DNA of 39,705 nt from a virus (lineage: Duplodnaviria > Caudoviricetes), in the IMG/VR virus record IMGVR_UViG_3300020148_000034, positions 1-39,705 of that record; one strand, given 5' to 3'. The notes under the pieces were generated by a model. It did not search any database, was not told the origin of the DNA, and saw only the letters and a list, made by a program, of their open reading frames with translations. Below are positions 26,172-34,973 of the stretch, in pieces (positions within the stretch are counted from its first letter, which is position 1; each line of letters begins with the position of its first letter). Both the position numbers and the translations under genes were made by a program.

Positions 26172-26690
26172 TCACGCGTACATGCCGATGGTCGGCCGGC
26201 GATACTGGCTATATGCCGAAGATGCACCGCCCAGGATTGTGCTGGCGGCGCCGAGATAACCGGCAGTCTGGCTGGCATCGGCGCCCATGCGGTTTAGCGT
26301 GGCGTCGGCCTGTCCATTCACCGCTTGGACTTCATAGTCGTAGGCTTCACGCGCAGCGTTTTTCCTGATCGTAAGGGCGTCCAGTTCCCCCAGCATCGCC
26401 GTATCCACAACCGTATCCAGCGGAGAGCCAAAGGACAGGTCCACGCCGTTCGCAGCCATTGCCGCCACCTGCTGCCCTTGAAGCGCGGCAATCTGCTGGC
26501 GCTTTTTCTGTTCCTCGCGCGCGCCACGCTCCTGGGCATCTTTGGCCCGCCGACGAGACATTTCCGCGTTCATCTCGGCCACGCGGGCATTATAGCGCTG
26601 GGCATCCGCCTGCGCATTCCCGGCCTGAATTTGCCCCACCGCCCCGATCACCGTGGCGCCGATTGTCAGAATTGTGGCTAGCTCGCACAT
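26172..26690 (-). CDS. Internal virion protein (T7 gp14-like position)
   Basis: MC start with hydrophobic segment, Ala/Gln-rich helix, AANGVDLSFGSPLD. Confidence 0.8.
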   Translation of the reverse strand: MCELATILTIGATVIGAVGQIQAGNAQADAQRYNARVAEMNAEMSRRRAKDAQERGAREEQKKRQQIAALQGQQVAAMAANGVDLSFGSPLDTVVDTAMLGELDALTIRKNAAREAYDYEVQAVNGQADATLNRMGADASQTAGYLGAASTILGGASSAYSQYRRPTIGMYA

Positions 26691-26692
26691 CT

Positions 26693-27199
26693 CTATCGCC
26701 TCAATTCAAAAAGCCGAACCACGCCGCCGCCCTTCTGGGCAATCGGGTCACTGATCTCTGCCCCCAGCCACCGCAGCCACCGGATGGAATTCCGGTTCCT
26801 TGCGTCGATCAGGTTCGCCAGCGTGTCATAGCGGCTCAATAGTTGGTCGCGCCAAAACACTGATCCGCGCAGGAACACGCGCCAATGCTCATCGACCAGA
26901 TCGGTGGCCAGCAGCCAGGCGGAGCCTTTGCGCGTCAAAATATTCAGGGTGCCCACACCAAACATGCCGGCCGGTTCACCATCGAGCAGGAACGTCCAGG
27001 CCTCGGCTGATTTCTCGAACGACATCTCCAGCGCCTCGAATGGCGTGTGCCCGCCCAGCGCCATCACCTCATCCCGATCCGCCTGGCGCATATGGATGGC
27101 GATGGGCGCGATATGCTCATACCGAGCCGGCAGAACGGAGACGGTCACGGGCGGCACCACCTCAACCGTTACGGCCGGCACAACCTCAACCTTAGTCAT
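26693..27199 (-). CDS. T7 gp13-like (GNAT-fold) internal virion/assembly protein
   Basis: ATG 27199 overlaps the upstream stop; MRQADRDEV...LANLIDARNRNSIRWLRWLG. Confidence 0.8.
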   Translation of the reverse strand: MTKVEVVPAVTVEVVPPVTVSVLPARYEHIAPIAIHMRQADRDEVMALGGHTPFEALEMSFEKSAEAWTFLLDGEPAGMFGVGTLNILTRKGSAWLLATDLVDEHWRVFLRGSVFWRDQLLSRYDTLANLIDARNRNSIRWLRWLGAEISDPIAQKGGGVVRLFELRR

Positions 27200-29244
27200 C
27201 GGGCCACCGAGAAATCGGGCATGATCGACAAAATTGTCATGGGCAGCGGGTCTTTCTGCACTACCCAGGTGGAGCCACCCTTGGTCCATTCCCACATCGG
27301 CTTGATCGAGATGTCTCCGGTATAGGCCTGGATTGCCTTGTCCCATGCCTCGCCAGCACGCTGCTTATATTCGAGCAGGTTATCGCGCGCCGGCCCGGTC
27401 CAGATGCCTCGCGTCCGCTCAACCCGCAGCGTGGCCTCGGTGACGGATTTCCATCGCGCCTGCACCGATCCGATCCCTGGCACCTGCCCCATATCGAGAT
27501 CGAGCGTTTCAATCTCTGCCTCATAGCCCAACCCGGCATGGATCACCGAGCCAGAAACGGGCAGCACCACCTTGCCCGTCCCGGCTTCTGCCGTGAGCGG
27601 CGGCATGACATTGCCATCGACCAGCGCCTTGATCGGCTTGCCGGCCAGGTGCGGCAGGAATATCTCGGAGATCGGCGCGCCGCTGTAACTCAGCCCGCTA
27701 TCCACGAAGAACGCTTCTTCGATCCCCACAAACGCTCGCGTGTGCAGCCGCTCCACATAGCGCCTCTGCACCCCTTCGATTTCCCGCCGAACGATAAAAT
27801 AGGGCACGTCTTCCTTGCCCTCGGCAATCACCGCCACATCCTCGAACACGCCATCGGTATATTGGCGGGTCCAGCCCCAGACATCGTGCTCCTTCATATA
27901 AGTCATCGAGACCAGAGACCCATCATCCAGCACGACCCACACGATGGAATATGGCGCCTGCGCATAGGCCCAGGCCTTAATCTCGCGGCCCTCGAACATG
28001 TGGCGCGCCAGGATCGTCAAATCCTTGCCAACGAAACTGTCCTGCGCAAATTCGTAGGAGAAATCGCGCACCACGCCACCGCGCTCCTGCGCGAACAGCA
28101 CCGTGTTGCCGACGATGATCGGCTGGACCTCAGAACAGCCACGATAGCCCTGAGGGACAACCCGCACGGCCTGGGTCAGATATTCGGTATCAGCGCCCGA
28201 TGCGATGAACTCGCCGCCGCTGGTCAGCACCATCAGACCCTTGTAGGCGATCAGTCCACGAACCTCGTTGACCTGTTTCGAGCGAATGCGGAACGTGATT
28301 GCATCGCTTTCCTTGGCTGGCGAGGCGCGCCCGAAATTCTCATAGTTTGCCGATTGCGACAGCCAAACGGCCTGAGGCTCGTTCAGCGTCGAAGCCAGGG
28401 CGAGCCGCTGATCCACGAAAGTGGCAACTCGGGGATACTTCCCCGCACCGTCGAAAGGATTTGTGCCCTTTTGGGGGACATCCGCCAAATCGGGAGCGAT
28501 ATTCTCGTCATCGAAGCTCGTTCCCTCGGTGCCGCCAATATAACCGTAAACGCCATTATCCTCTTTATAGACGATATATCGAACGGCACCGGCCACCGCC
28601 GACCATGTGACGCGGTTCTTGTAGGTGGCAATCGAAAGATTGTTGGCCACCGATGCAATGGCGGATGGAAGACTTTCCTCCCCGCTCTCTGCAATGGCCG
28701 CGACACGGTAGTGATATGTCGTGCCGCCCGATCCCACGATGGCGGACGCTGAAACGCTGGCCGGGGCACTGATGGCCGGGGCGAAGGTCGGCGTCGTAAG
28801 CTGCCAATTGGTGTCAGCCAAACGCCCGAGTTTTCGCGGCGCATGGCCAGTATGGCAGAGATACATCACGTCCGCTTCCTGGATGAACGTCACGCTCTGC
28901 GCGTCGGTATCCGAATACGGCGTGGCAAATTCATAGGGCGATCCGCCGTCGAGCACTACGCCGCCATCGCGGATCACTCGGCAATTCTGGTCGCCATGCA
29001 GCAGGATATATGATTGCTCGGTATTGAACTGGAATGGGATCAGCCGGGCGAGCTTGGTGCTGTCCTTCACCTCGGTGACGAATTCCAGCCCGGCGCGGTT
29101 CGAGACGCCGCCATGAGCATGGATGAACAGGTTCACCGCCGTCTTGAGGCCGGTGGCATACTTCGCCAGATCGACGCGGGCCCACAGTGCGGGGCTCAGC
29201 TCCCCGGCGGTGAACGAGGGCTGATATCCGCGCATGACGGTCAT
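27196..29244 (-). CDS. Tail tubular protein B / nozzle (T7 gp12-like)
   Basis: QPSFTAGELSP...RVD, RLIPFQFNTEQSY, beta-propeller-like repeats, PLPMTILS. Confidence 0.88.
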   Translation of the reverse strand: MTVMRGYQPSFTAGELSPALWARVDLAKYATGLKTAVNLFIHAHGGVSNRAGLEFVTEVKDSTKLARLIPFQFNTEQSYILLHGDQNCRVIRDGGVVLDGGSPYEFATPYSDTDAQSVTFIQEADVMYLCHTGHAPRKLGRLADTNWQLTTPTFAPAISAPASVSASAIVGSGGTTYHYRVAAIAESGEESLPSAIASVANNLSIATYKNRVTWSAVAGAVRYIVYKEDNGVYGYIGGTEGTSFDDENIAPDLADVPQKGTNPFDGAGKYPRVATFVDQRLALASTLNEPQAVWLSQSANYENFGRASPAKESDAITFRIRSKQVNEVRGLIAYKGLMVLTSGGEFIASGADTEYLTQAVRVVPQGYRGCSEVQPIIVGNTVLFAQERGGVVRDFSYEFAQDSFVGKDLTILARHMFEGREIKAWAYAQAPYSIVWVVLDDGSLVSMTYMKEHDVWGWTRQYTDGVFEDVAVIAEGKEDVPYFIVRREIEGVQRRYVERLHTRAFVGIEEAFFVDSGLSYSGAPISEIFLPHLAGKPIKALVDGNVMPPLTAEAGTGKVVLPVSGSVIHAGLGYEAEIETLDLDMGQVPGIGSVQARWKSVTEATLRVERTRGIWTGPARDNLLEYKQRAGEAWDKAIQAYTGDISIKPMWEWTKGGSTWVVQKDPLPMTILSIMPDFSVAR

Positions 29245-29468
29245 TCTTCACCCTCATCCGCAATCTGCATCAGCTTGTGGCGGGCGCGCTCCATGTCCCA
29301 CAGCGCAACCCCACCGTCAGGGTTAGAGGCGGCGAAGTATTCCGCGCCCTCTTCGGTCACCCCGATAATCATGACGCGCTCAAATTTCTGCTCAGCCGCA
29401 AATCCAATCACCCGGTCCGGCGCAATGGGCAGGCAGGTAATGACCGGCAGCGTGACAACCTCGCCCAT
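29241..29468 (-). CDS. Hypothetical protein
   Basis: Coupled to both neighbours; MGEVVTLP...EYFAAS...LWDMERARHKL. Confidence 0.7.
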   Translation of the reverse strand: MGEVVTLPVITCLPIAPDRVIGFAAEQKFERVMIIGVTEEGAEYFAASNPDGGVALWDMERARHKLMQIADEGEE

Positions 29469-30052
29469 TATTTCCGCGCCTCCAGAGCCGCGACCGGCGT
29501 ATCCATGCTGGTGCGGGTTTCATTGGCGTCGGCCACTTCCGCGGAGCCGGTCAGGCGCTCGGCAAGCTGGAAGGCATCGGCCCTGATCTTCGGATCGCGC
29601 GTCAGGGGCATGGCCAGTTTGACAGCCAGATGCCAGCTCAGCGCCTCGACAAACAGCGGCGGAAACTTCGTGGGATCGGCCTGACGGGACGTGTATTTGA
29701 GGTACGCCACCGGCAGATCGGTAAAGATCACCTCGCCCTCGACCTCGTACGGCACGCCGATGGCGTCGGTGTCATCCAACATCAATTCATCGGTGACGCG
29801 ACGAACCTTGAGGCAATCCGAGGGGCGTCGGAACGCCTTGCCCCACTTTCTGGGCTTGGTGTTGATGACCTCGGCAAGCGCTTGGGTTGATCCTGCAAAT
29901 TCCCACGGATAGCGCTGGAGCAATGCATCAAGCGCATGATCGTAAAAAAGGCGGCAAGCCCGAGCCTCGGCGCTTGCCTCGTCAATGGAACTGATCGGGT
30001 TCGCTGCGACGTTCGCCAGCGCCAGATTGCAGATCGAAACTTTGGAGGTCAT
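29468..30052 (-). CDS. Tail tubular protein A / adaptor (T7 gp11-like)
   Basis: SKVSICNLAL...EARACRLFY...YPWEFA...PSDCL...FVEALSWHLA. Confidence 0.88.
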   Translation of the reverse strand: MTSKVSICNLALANVAANPISSIDEASAEARACRLFYDHALDALLQRYPWEFAGSTQALAEVINTKPRKWGKAFRRPSDCLKVRRVTDELMLDDTDAIGVPYEVEGEVIFTDLPVAYLKYTSRQADPTKFPPLFVEALSWHLAVKLAMPLTRDPKIRADAFQLAERLTGSAEVADANETRTSMDTPVAALEARK

Positions 30053-30109
30053 GGCTCACCTTTCGCGGTAAGCCTCTGGTCCGATGGTTGGCGCTGAAAA
30101 TAGCGCCGT

Positions 30110-30433
30110 TTAATCTTCCGGCGGCGGAAGGAAAATCGTCTCGACCTCAAGGATCGCAGAGGGCAGCGTCAGCAGAAACGCCACCATGTCGGGCACCTCG
30201 CGCTGATATTCCGGATCATTGACGATCCGCACGGGCGCCACGTACTGGCCGGCCAGGGAGATGGGATCGCCCACATCATAGCCGTCAGCATCAGGATTGG
30301 TGTTGATGCCGGCGCCGGGCGTGGGGCTGTCGATGAGCCGGGGATCGATGGCGACGCCACCGGCACCCTGATTGTATCCCATGGCAATGATGCGCTGAGA
30401 CGCGGACATGACGAAGAAATTCTGCGTGGCCAT
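30110..30433 (-). CDS. Hypothetical virion-region protein
   Basis: ATG 30433 (MATQNFF) coupled to the upstream stop. Confidence 0.65.
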   Translation of the reverse strand: MATQNFFVMSASQRIIAMGYNQGAGGVAIDPRLIDSPTPGAGINTNPDADGYDVGDPISLAGQYVAPVRIVNDPEYQREVPDMVAFLLTLPSAILEVETIFLPPPED

Positions 30434-31245
30434 CAAATGGCTCCTACTGCGTGGAGATACTCGGAAAACGCATCGCGCATGGCGAGCACCTGAGCGGGCG
30501 AGAGGGATGCGCCCCAATGGGAAATCGCTTCGGTGTTGAGGCCAAAGCCGTTTGACAAGACGCGGCCGGTCCCGAACTCGAAGTTGGTGAGAGCCACAGA
30601 GGCATCGGTGCGCGGGTTGCCACCCACGACCGCGCCATCGTTGAAGTAGCGCCAGGAGGTCGCCCCATCACGCGTCCAGACTTTGTGCTTGGTGTAGTCG
30701 TCGCCGGAGAGGCTGATGGAGGTATCCATATTGCCGCGCAGCGCTGTGTTGGCTGATGCGGAATTGCTGACGCGGGAATTGCCATTTCCGAGGTCGTAGC
30801 TTGTGGAGCCGCCATTCGACAGGTCGGTAAGGTGCCACGCTCCCATGTGAGCGTCGTCTTGGGAGAACAATGCGCCGGTGGCCACGGCCGGGTTGAAACC
30901 ACTGGACAGATACGAAGCGGCACCATCCGGCGTGAAGCCCCGGTCTGGAGCGAACGCTGGGCTGGAAACCGCCGTGCTATTATACTGGTCCTGCTTCCAG
31001 TTCAGCCGCGCCGCCTGGCTATCCGCTGCCGCCCGCACATACAGCACGTCCAGCTTTTCCCACACAGAAGCAGCCTTTAGGGCGACGATGACCTTGTTGA
31101 TCGCAGCCTTGCGCTCTGATGTCGGTGGCGTGGCGAAGCGGGCGAATAGGGCCGAGGCATCGGGGTCGTAAGCCGAAGCAGACGACAGGACCATCGGCCG
31201 CGCAATCCCTCGCCCTACCTTGCGACCGACCGGGCGAACCAGCAT
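30433..31245 (-). CDS. Putative lectin/LamG-like structural protein
   Basis: ATG 31245 coupled; VWEKLDVLY...FAPDRGFTPDGAASYLSSGFNP...GASLSPAQ; beta-rich. Confidence 0.6.
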   Translation of the reverse strand: MLVRPVGRKVGRGIARPMVLSSASAYDPDASALFARFATPPTSERKAAINKVIVALKAASVWEKLDVLYVRAAADSQAARLNWKQDQYNSTAVSSPAFAPDRGFTPDGAASYLSSGFNPAVATGALFSQDDAHMGAWHLTDLSNGGSTSYDLGNGNSRVSNSASANTALRGNMDTSISLSGDDYTKHKVWTRDGATSWRYFNDGAVVGGNPRTDASVALTNFEFGTGRVLSNGFGLNTEAISHWGASLSPAQVLAMRDAFSEYLHAVGAI

Positions 31246-31538
31246 CAGACAGACCGCAGATTTGCGAAGATCGACGCGCCCGAGCCGCCCGCGACAACGG
31301 CGCGATATGCCCCCTCGGGCAGCGAAACGATCATCGCACCGGCAGCGGTCAGGGCAATGGCCCCACTCGCATCCTCGATAGGGATATGGGTCGCGCCATC
31401 CGGGCCGAGCATTTCCAACCCAATCGTGGCCCCGCCGAAGGTGCCGGCAACGGCAAAGCAATAATCGCCGGGGATTTGCAGCAGAACATCGGGGCCAGTC
31501 GCATCAGCCCCGCTCAAAAGAGTGACAGTCGTTTTCAT
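31245..31538 (-). CDS. Small beta-rich structural protein
   Basis: ATG 31538; GTFGGATIGLE...GAYRAVV. Confidence 0.65.
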   Translation of the reverse strand: MKTTVTLLSGADATGPDVLLQIPGDYCFAVAGTFGGATIGLEMLGPDGATHIPIEDASGAIALTAAGAMIVSLPEGAYRAVVAGGSGASIFANLRSV

Positions 31539-31564
31539 GATCCAAGTCCCCGGTGGGTTTCGAT

Positions 31565-31592
31565 GGGCGCCCCGACGCAAGCCGGAGCGCCC
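31565..31592 (-). terminator. Intergenic hairpin (no U-tract)
   Basis: Minus strand GGGCGCTCCGGC-TTGC-GTCGGGGCGCCC. Confidence 0.45.
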
Positions 31593-31613
31593 TACTGACC
31601 GCGAGCGGAACGG

Positions 31614-32006
31614 TCAGATGTCGCCGTTACCCTCGTCGTGATCCCCGCCACCGGCGCCGCCACTGTCATGGGCGCCGTCGCTGTTCTCGCCATCGGTGGC
31701 GAGTTCGATGGCAGCGATGATATCGGCCTTCTTCTTGAGGTCGGTGAGGTCGACGCCGCGTTCAACGGCCAGGGCACGAAGCTGCTCCACCGTCATGCCG
31801 GCGAGCCCGGTATCGGTGTTCTTCGCCCCGCCCTTCTTGCCGTCACCATCATGGTCGAGCGGATCGCCGCCCGGCGTCCAGCCGATGGGTGCCATCCAGT
31901 TTTTGGAGAAGTGCCTGGCGTCGGTCAGGATGAATTCGGCGTCGGTGGTATCCGGGTCGCGGCGCTTGCCGGCATAATAACCCGTCTTGATAGCGCGAAC
32001 TTTCAT
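31614..32006 (-). CDS. Head-region protein with HeH/Rho-N-like motif
   Basis: MKVRAIKTGYY...FSKNWM and MTVEQLRALAVERGVDL...KKADII. Confidence 0.75.
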   Translation of the reverse strand: MKVRAIKTGYYAGKRRDPDTTDAEFILTDARHFSKNWMAPIGWTPGGDPLDHDGDGKKGGAKNTDTGLAGMTVEQLRALAVERGVDLTDLKKKADIIAAIELATDGENSDGAHDSGGAGGGDHDEGNGDI

Positions 32007-32009
32007 GGC

Positions 32010-32441
32010 TCAGACCCCCGAGCCATCGACGGCAGCGACGATGCCAGCCGTGATCTTGCCAGCGGTCGGCGCGGTGCCGGTGACCGTATATTTCAACTGC
32101 GCATAGCGCAGGGACAAGCCCTGGGGCAGAAGTACCCACAGCACCTTGAAGCCAGCCTTGAGATCGGCCAGCAGGAACGTGCCGATGGTGATCGTCTTGT
32201 CCGGGGTGAACGTGGTGGTGCTGTCGAGCTCGATATCGATCTTGAGCGAGGTCAGATTATCGAACGCCTCGACCACCTGGACCAACAGCGGGATTTTCAC
32301 CGACCGGGCCACATCGCGTTCGAGATCGGCGGCGTGACCGTAAACCCTGCCGATGGCGCCGAAGTCCAGGGCATTGGTGGAAGCGGCTGTCGCCGTAATG
32401 GCCTGCGCATCGGAGAACAGAAGCGTTTTGTCGAAAATCAT
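32010..32441 (-). CDS. Capsid cement/decoration protein (Bbp16-like)
   Basis: MIFDKTLLFSDAQAITATAASTN...LRYAQLKYTVTGTAPTAGKITAGIV. Confidence 0.85.
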   Translation of the reverse strand: MIFDKTLLFSDAQAITATAASTNALDFGAIGRVYGHAADLERDVARSVKIPLLVQVVEAFDNLTSLKIDIELDSTTTFTPDKTITIGTFLLADLKAGFKVLWVLLPQGLSLRYAQLKYTVTGTAPTAGKITAGIVAAVDGSGV

Positions 32442-32473
32442 CTTGGTTTCCTTTCCTCAGGAACCGGGGTTGT

Positions 32474-32527
32474 GATGAGCGCAACCATTCGCGCCCATCG
32501 CTGTTGAGTGCTAATTCAAAATTAGCA
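32474..32527. promoter_or_regulatory. Post-capsid hairpin (32474-32499) and operator copy 6 (32509-32527)
   Basis: GATGAGCGCAA-ccat-TCGCGCCCATC and TGCTAATTCAAAATTAGCA. Confidence 0.7.
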
Positions 32528-32533
32528 GTATAG

Positions 32534-33547
32534 TTAAATGACGCGCGCTTCGGTGTTCAGCAGCGCATCGGTTTCGCGCAGGGGGAAATTGCGGTAGGTG
32601 AGCACTTCCTGGCCTTCGAGTTCCTTGGGCACGATGCGCAGGAATTCATTGGCGGCCGTGCCGGTGCCGCCGACCTGCAACCCATCGAGGGCTTCCAAGA
32701 CATCGCGGTTGGCATAGACGGCAATACGGCTGGCCTTGCCGATCTGGCGCCGGCTCTGGAGTTTCCAGTAGGCCTGCCGCATATACTTGTAGAGATCGAC
32801 GTTGCCGGCCATGAGGTCCGAAACATCGATATTGGCGATGCGCGCGACATAGCGCCAGTCCTTCACGGCCATGCCGATGTGCCAGGTGAACAGTTCTTCC
32901 TTCACGTAGAAGGGGTTGCCCTGGTCATCGGTCGCACGCTGCTCACCCTTGTCCTCACGGATGAGGCCGGCCTTCGAGCCTTCGGGATAAAGCAGATGAC
33001 AGGCATGATCGCCCCAGGTCACGAACCAGATGGACGTGTTGTCCGAACCAGTGCCGCCCGCGTCGATAATCTGGTTGCCCGCGCCGCCTCCGCCCTTGGT
33101 CGAGAACCGCGCCGACAGACCCTTGAACTTCTCGGGCGTGGTGGCGGTGTCGTGGTAGAAGATACCGGACGCCATTTCCTGGTTCATGGCTTCGAGGTGC
33201 GCAGCCGCCTCATTGAGCCGGATCTGGGCCGGGTTCTTCGCCCGCTCCAGGACACGCTTGTCCACTGCCGACCGGGCTTCGAGGAAACCCGTGGTGTCGG
33301 TTACCGCCTGCTGGCTGGACTTGGACTGCGGAATGCCCTGGTAGAGCCGACCCCAAGCGGGCGTCGGCAGGCCGGTGCGGATCGCGTGCTTGTGCTGCGA
33401 TCCATCGTTGCATTCCATCGCCATCGCGTCGTCAAGGATCGGGTTCTGCTGCTTGAGAACTTCGATCACCTCACCGATGGCGGGGTCGTTCGCCTTGTGA
33501 ACGTCGATGAGGTTCAGATAGGTGCTCGAAAGAACAGCCATCGTCAT
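32534..33547 (-). CDS. Major capsid protein (BPP-1 Bbp17-like)
   Basis: IRTGLPTPAWGRLYQG, GGTGSDNTSIW, DWRYVARIANID, TDALLNTEARV. Confidence 0.92.
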   Translation of the reverse strand: MTMAVLSSTYLNLIDVHKANDPAIGEVIEVLKQQNPILDDAMAMECNDGSQHKHAIRTGLPTPAWGRLYQGIPQSKSSQQAVTDTTGFLEARSAVDKRVLERAKNPAQIRLNEAAAHLEAMNQEMASGIFYHDTATTPEKFKGLSARFSTKGGGGAGNQIIDAGGTGSDNTSIWFVTWGDHACHLLYPEGSKAGLIREDKGEQRATDDQGNPFYVKEELFTWHIGMAVKDWRYVARIANIDVSDLMAGNVDLYKYMRQAYWKLQSRRQIGKASRIAVYANRDVLEALDGLQVGGTGTAANEFLRIVPKELEGQEVLTYRNFPLRETDALLNTEARVI

Positions 33548-34383
33548 TTACCTTTCGGTTTGTCATCCGGATAAAGGATCGACGCCTTGTCTTTCTCGAC
33601 AGGCACCCCCGGATTTTCGCTGATGGCCGGCACGTCCTCACCGATCATGGCGCCGACCTTGGCCATGAGCCGGATGATTTCGGGGTGGTTCCCCGCCCCG
33701 GAAGTTTCGAGGTATTGTTTGAGCTCGGGCGTCCCGAACCGCGTCACCGCAGCGAGCGCATGGGTCTTGGTCTGGTCCCATTTCGCGCCGCCCATATCGG
33801 GGTCTTTCTGCGCCTGATCCGCCCAGCCATTGATCGTCTTGGCCCAATCTTCCCCGCGCCGGGCAGCGGCGGCGGTCTGGGCTTCGATGAACTTGTCGGC
33901 CAGCATCTGGGCATGACCGCGCGAAAGGTTCAGTTCCTTGAAAACCGGACCGATGGCGTCGAGAAGGGGCTGATCGACCTCGATGCCCTCAGGCATGGTC
34001 AGGTCATATTTTCCATCCTCGGGCACCTGGTTGATCGGGTGTTTGAGGTCGTTTTCGAGGCGGGCCGCGTCGTTTTCTTCCTTGGTCTTGGCGGGGTCAT
34101 CGACATAGGGTTTCCATTCACCCTCGCCTTCGTCGGCGCCATTGGCACCCTCGTCGGCGCTTCCGTCGCTATCGTCGCTCGCTTCATCCGTTGCGTTTTT
34201 CTGAGCAATACCGGCGTCAGAAACCGCGCCGTCTTCGCCACCAGCCGGCTTGTCGTCGGGATACAGCACCGTGGCAGCATCGGCGCCCTCGGCACCAGCG
34301 CCAGTATCGCCACCGCCGGCACCCTCGTCGTCGGGCGCCATCACGGGCGAATTCCACCAGCCTTTACCCTTCGTCCAAAACAT
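33544..34383 (-). CDS. Capsid scaffolding protein
   Basis: Acidic N-terminus; VPEDGKYDLTMPEG; GAGNHPEIIR; directly upstream of the capsid gene. Confidence 0.8.
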   Translation of the reverse strand: MFWTKGKGWWNSPVMAPDDEGAGGGDTGAGAEGADAATVLYPDDKPAGGEDGAVSDAGIAQKNATDEASDDSDGSADEGANGADEGEGEWKPYVDDPAKTKEENDAARLENDLKHPINQVPEDGKYDLTMPEGIEVDQPLLDAIGPVFKELNLSRGHAQMLADKFIEAQTAAAARRGEDWAKTINGWADQAQKDPDMGGAKWDQTKTHALAAVTRFGTPELKQYLETSGAGNHPEIIRLMAKVGAMIGEDVPAISENPGVPVEKDKASILYPDDKPKGK

Positions 34384-34678
34384 GGACCGTCTCCTTTTTC
34401 TCGTCCCTCGCCTGCTCCAGCATCAGCCGGGGATATGCAGTCGGGTCCAGCCGCTCTAACTGCGCCACCAGCCATAGGCCGATGTTCTGCTCGCCAAGCC
34501 GGTGGTTCGTGGCGTCCCGGTCCATCGTCTGGGCGGATCGATACAATCCGCACCGTCCGATGACGGCCATCACGAACCGCCGCCCTTGGGGCAGGTTCAG
34601 AACCGCCTCCAAGTCGAGCATCGCCTGATCGTTCTCGCCGCCAGATGGTTGGGAGATAAAAGGAGGGCGCTCAGCCAT
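34364..34678 (-). CDS. Bbp19-like protein
   Basis: ATG 34678; DLEAVLNLPQGRRFV...GEQNIGLWL. Confidence 0.75.
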   Translation of the reverse strand: MAERPPFISQPSGGENDQAMLDLEAVLNLPQGRRFVMAVIGRCGLYRSAQTMDRDATNHRLGEQNIGLWLVAQLERLDPTAYPRLMLEQARDEKKETVHVLDEG

Positions 34679-34973
34679 CACGATTCTCCATGGCGGCGAT
34701 TTCCCCGGCGATGGCGAAATAAGCAGCGCCGTCGACATAGGTGTCGCGCTTCGTCCGGGGCCCCGTGGCAACGCGGCCAATCTTGGTCAGCACCATGTCG
34801 ATGGCTTCCATCTCGCCAGGGGAGATGGCACGGCGCAGGTGCTTGCGGAACACCGCCTTCAATTCGCCCGCCGCCGCGAGGTTTACCGCTGGCGGGCCAT
34901 ATTCCAGATCTCGGTCACCATTGGTCAGGTTCGCCGCTTCCAGTAGAATATCGACGCGCACAGCCTCGCCCAT
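34671..34973 (-). CDS. DUF6378-like protein
   Basis: ILLEAANLTNGDR...YGPP...KIGR...DTYVDGAAY. Confidence 0.75.
   Translation of the reverse strand: MGEAVRVDILLEAANLTNGDRDLEYGPPAVNLAAAGELKAVFRKHLRRAISPGEMEAIDMVLTKIGRVATGPRTKRDTYVDGAAYFAIAGEIAAMENRDG

Noticed and set aside
27140-27195. VEVVPAVT/VEVVPPVT duplication at the gp13-like N-terminus
   Set aside because: A short degenerate 24-bp duplication, most likely neutral slippage.
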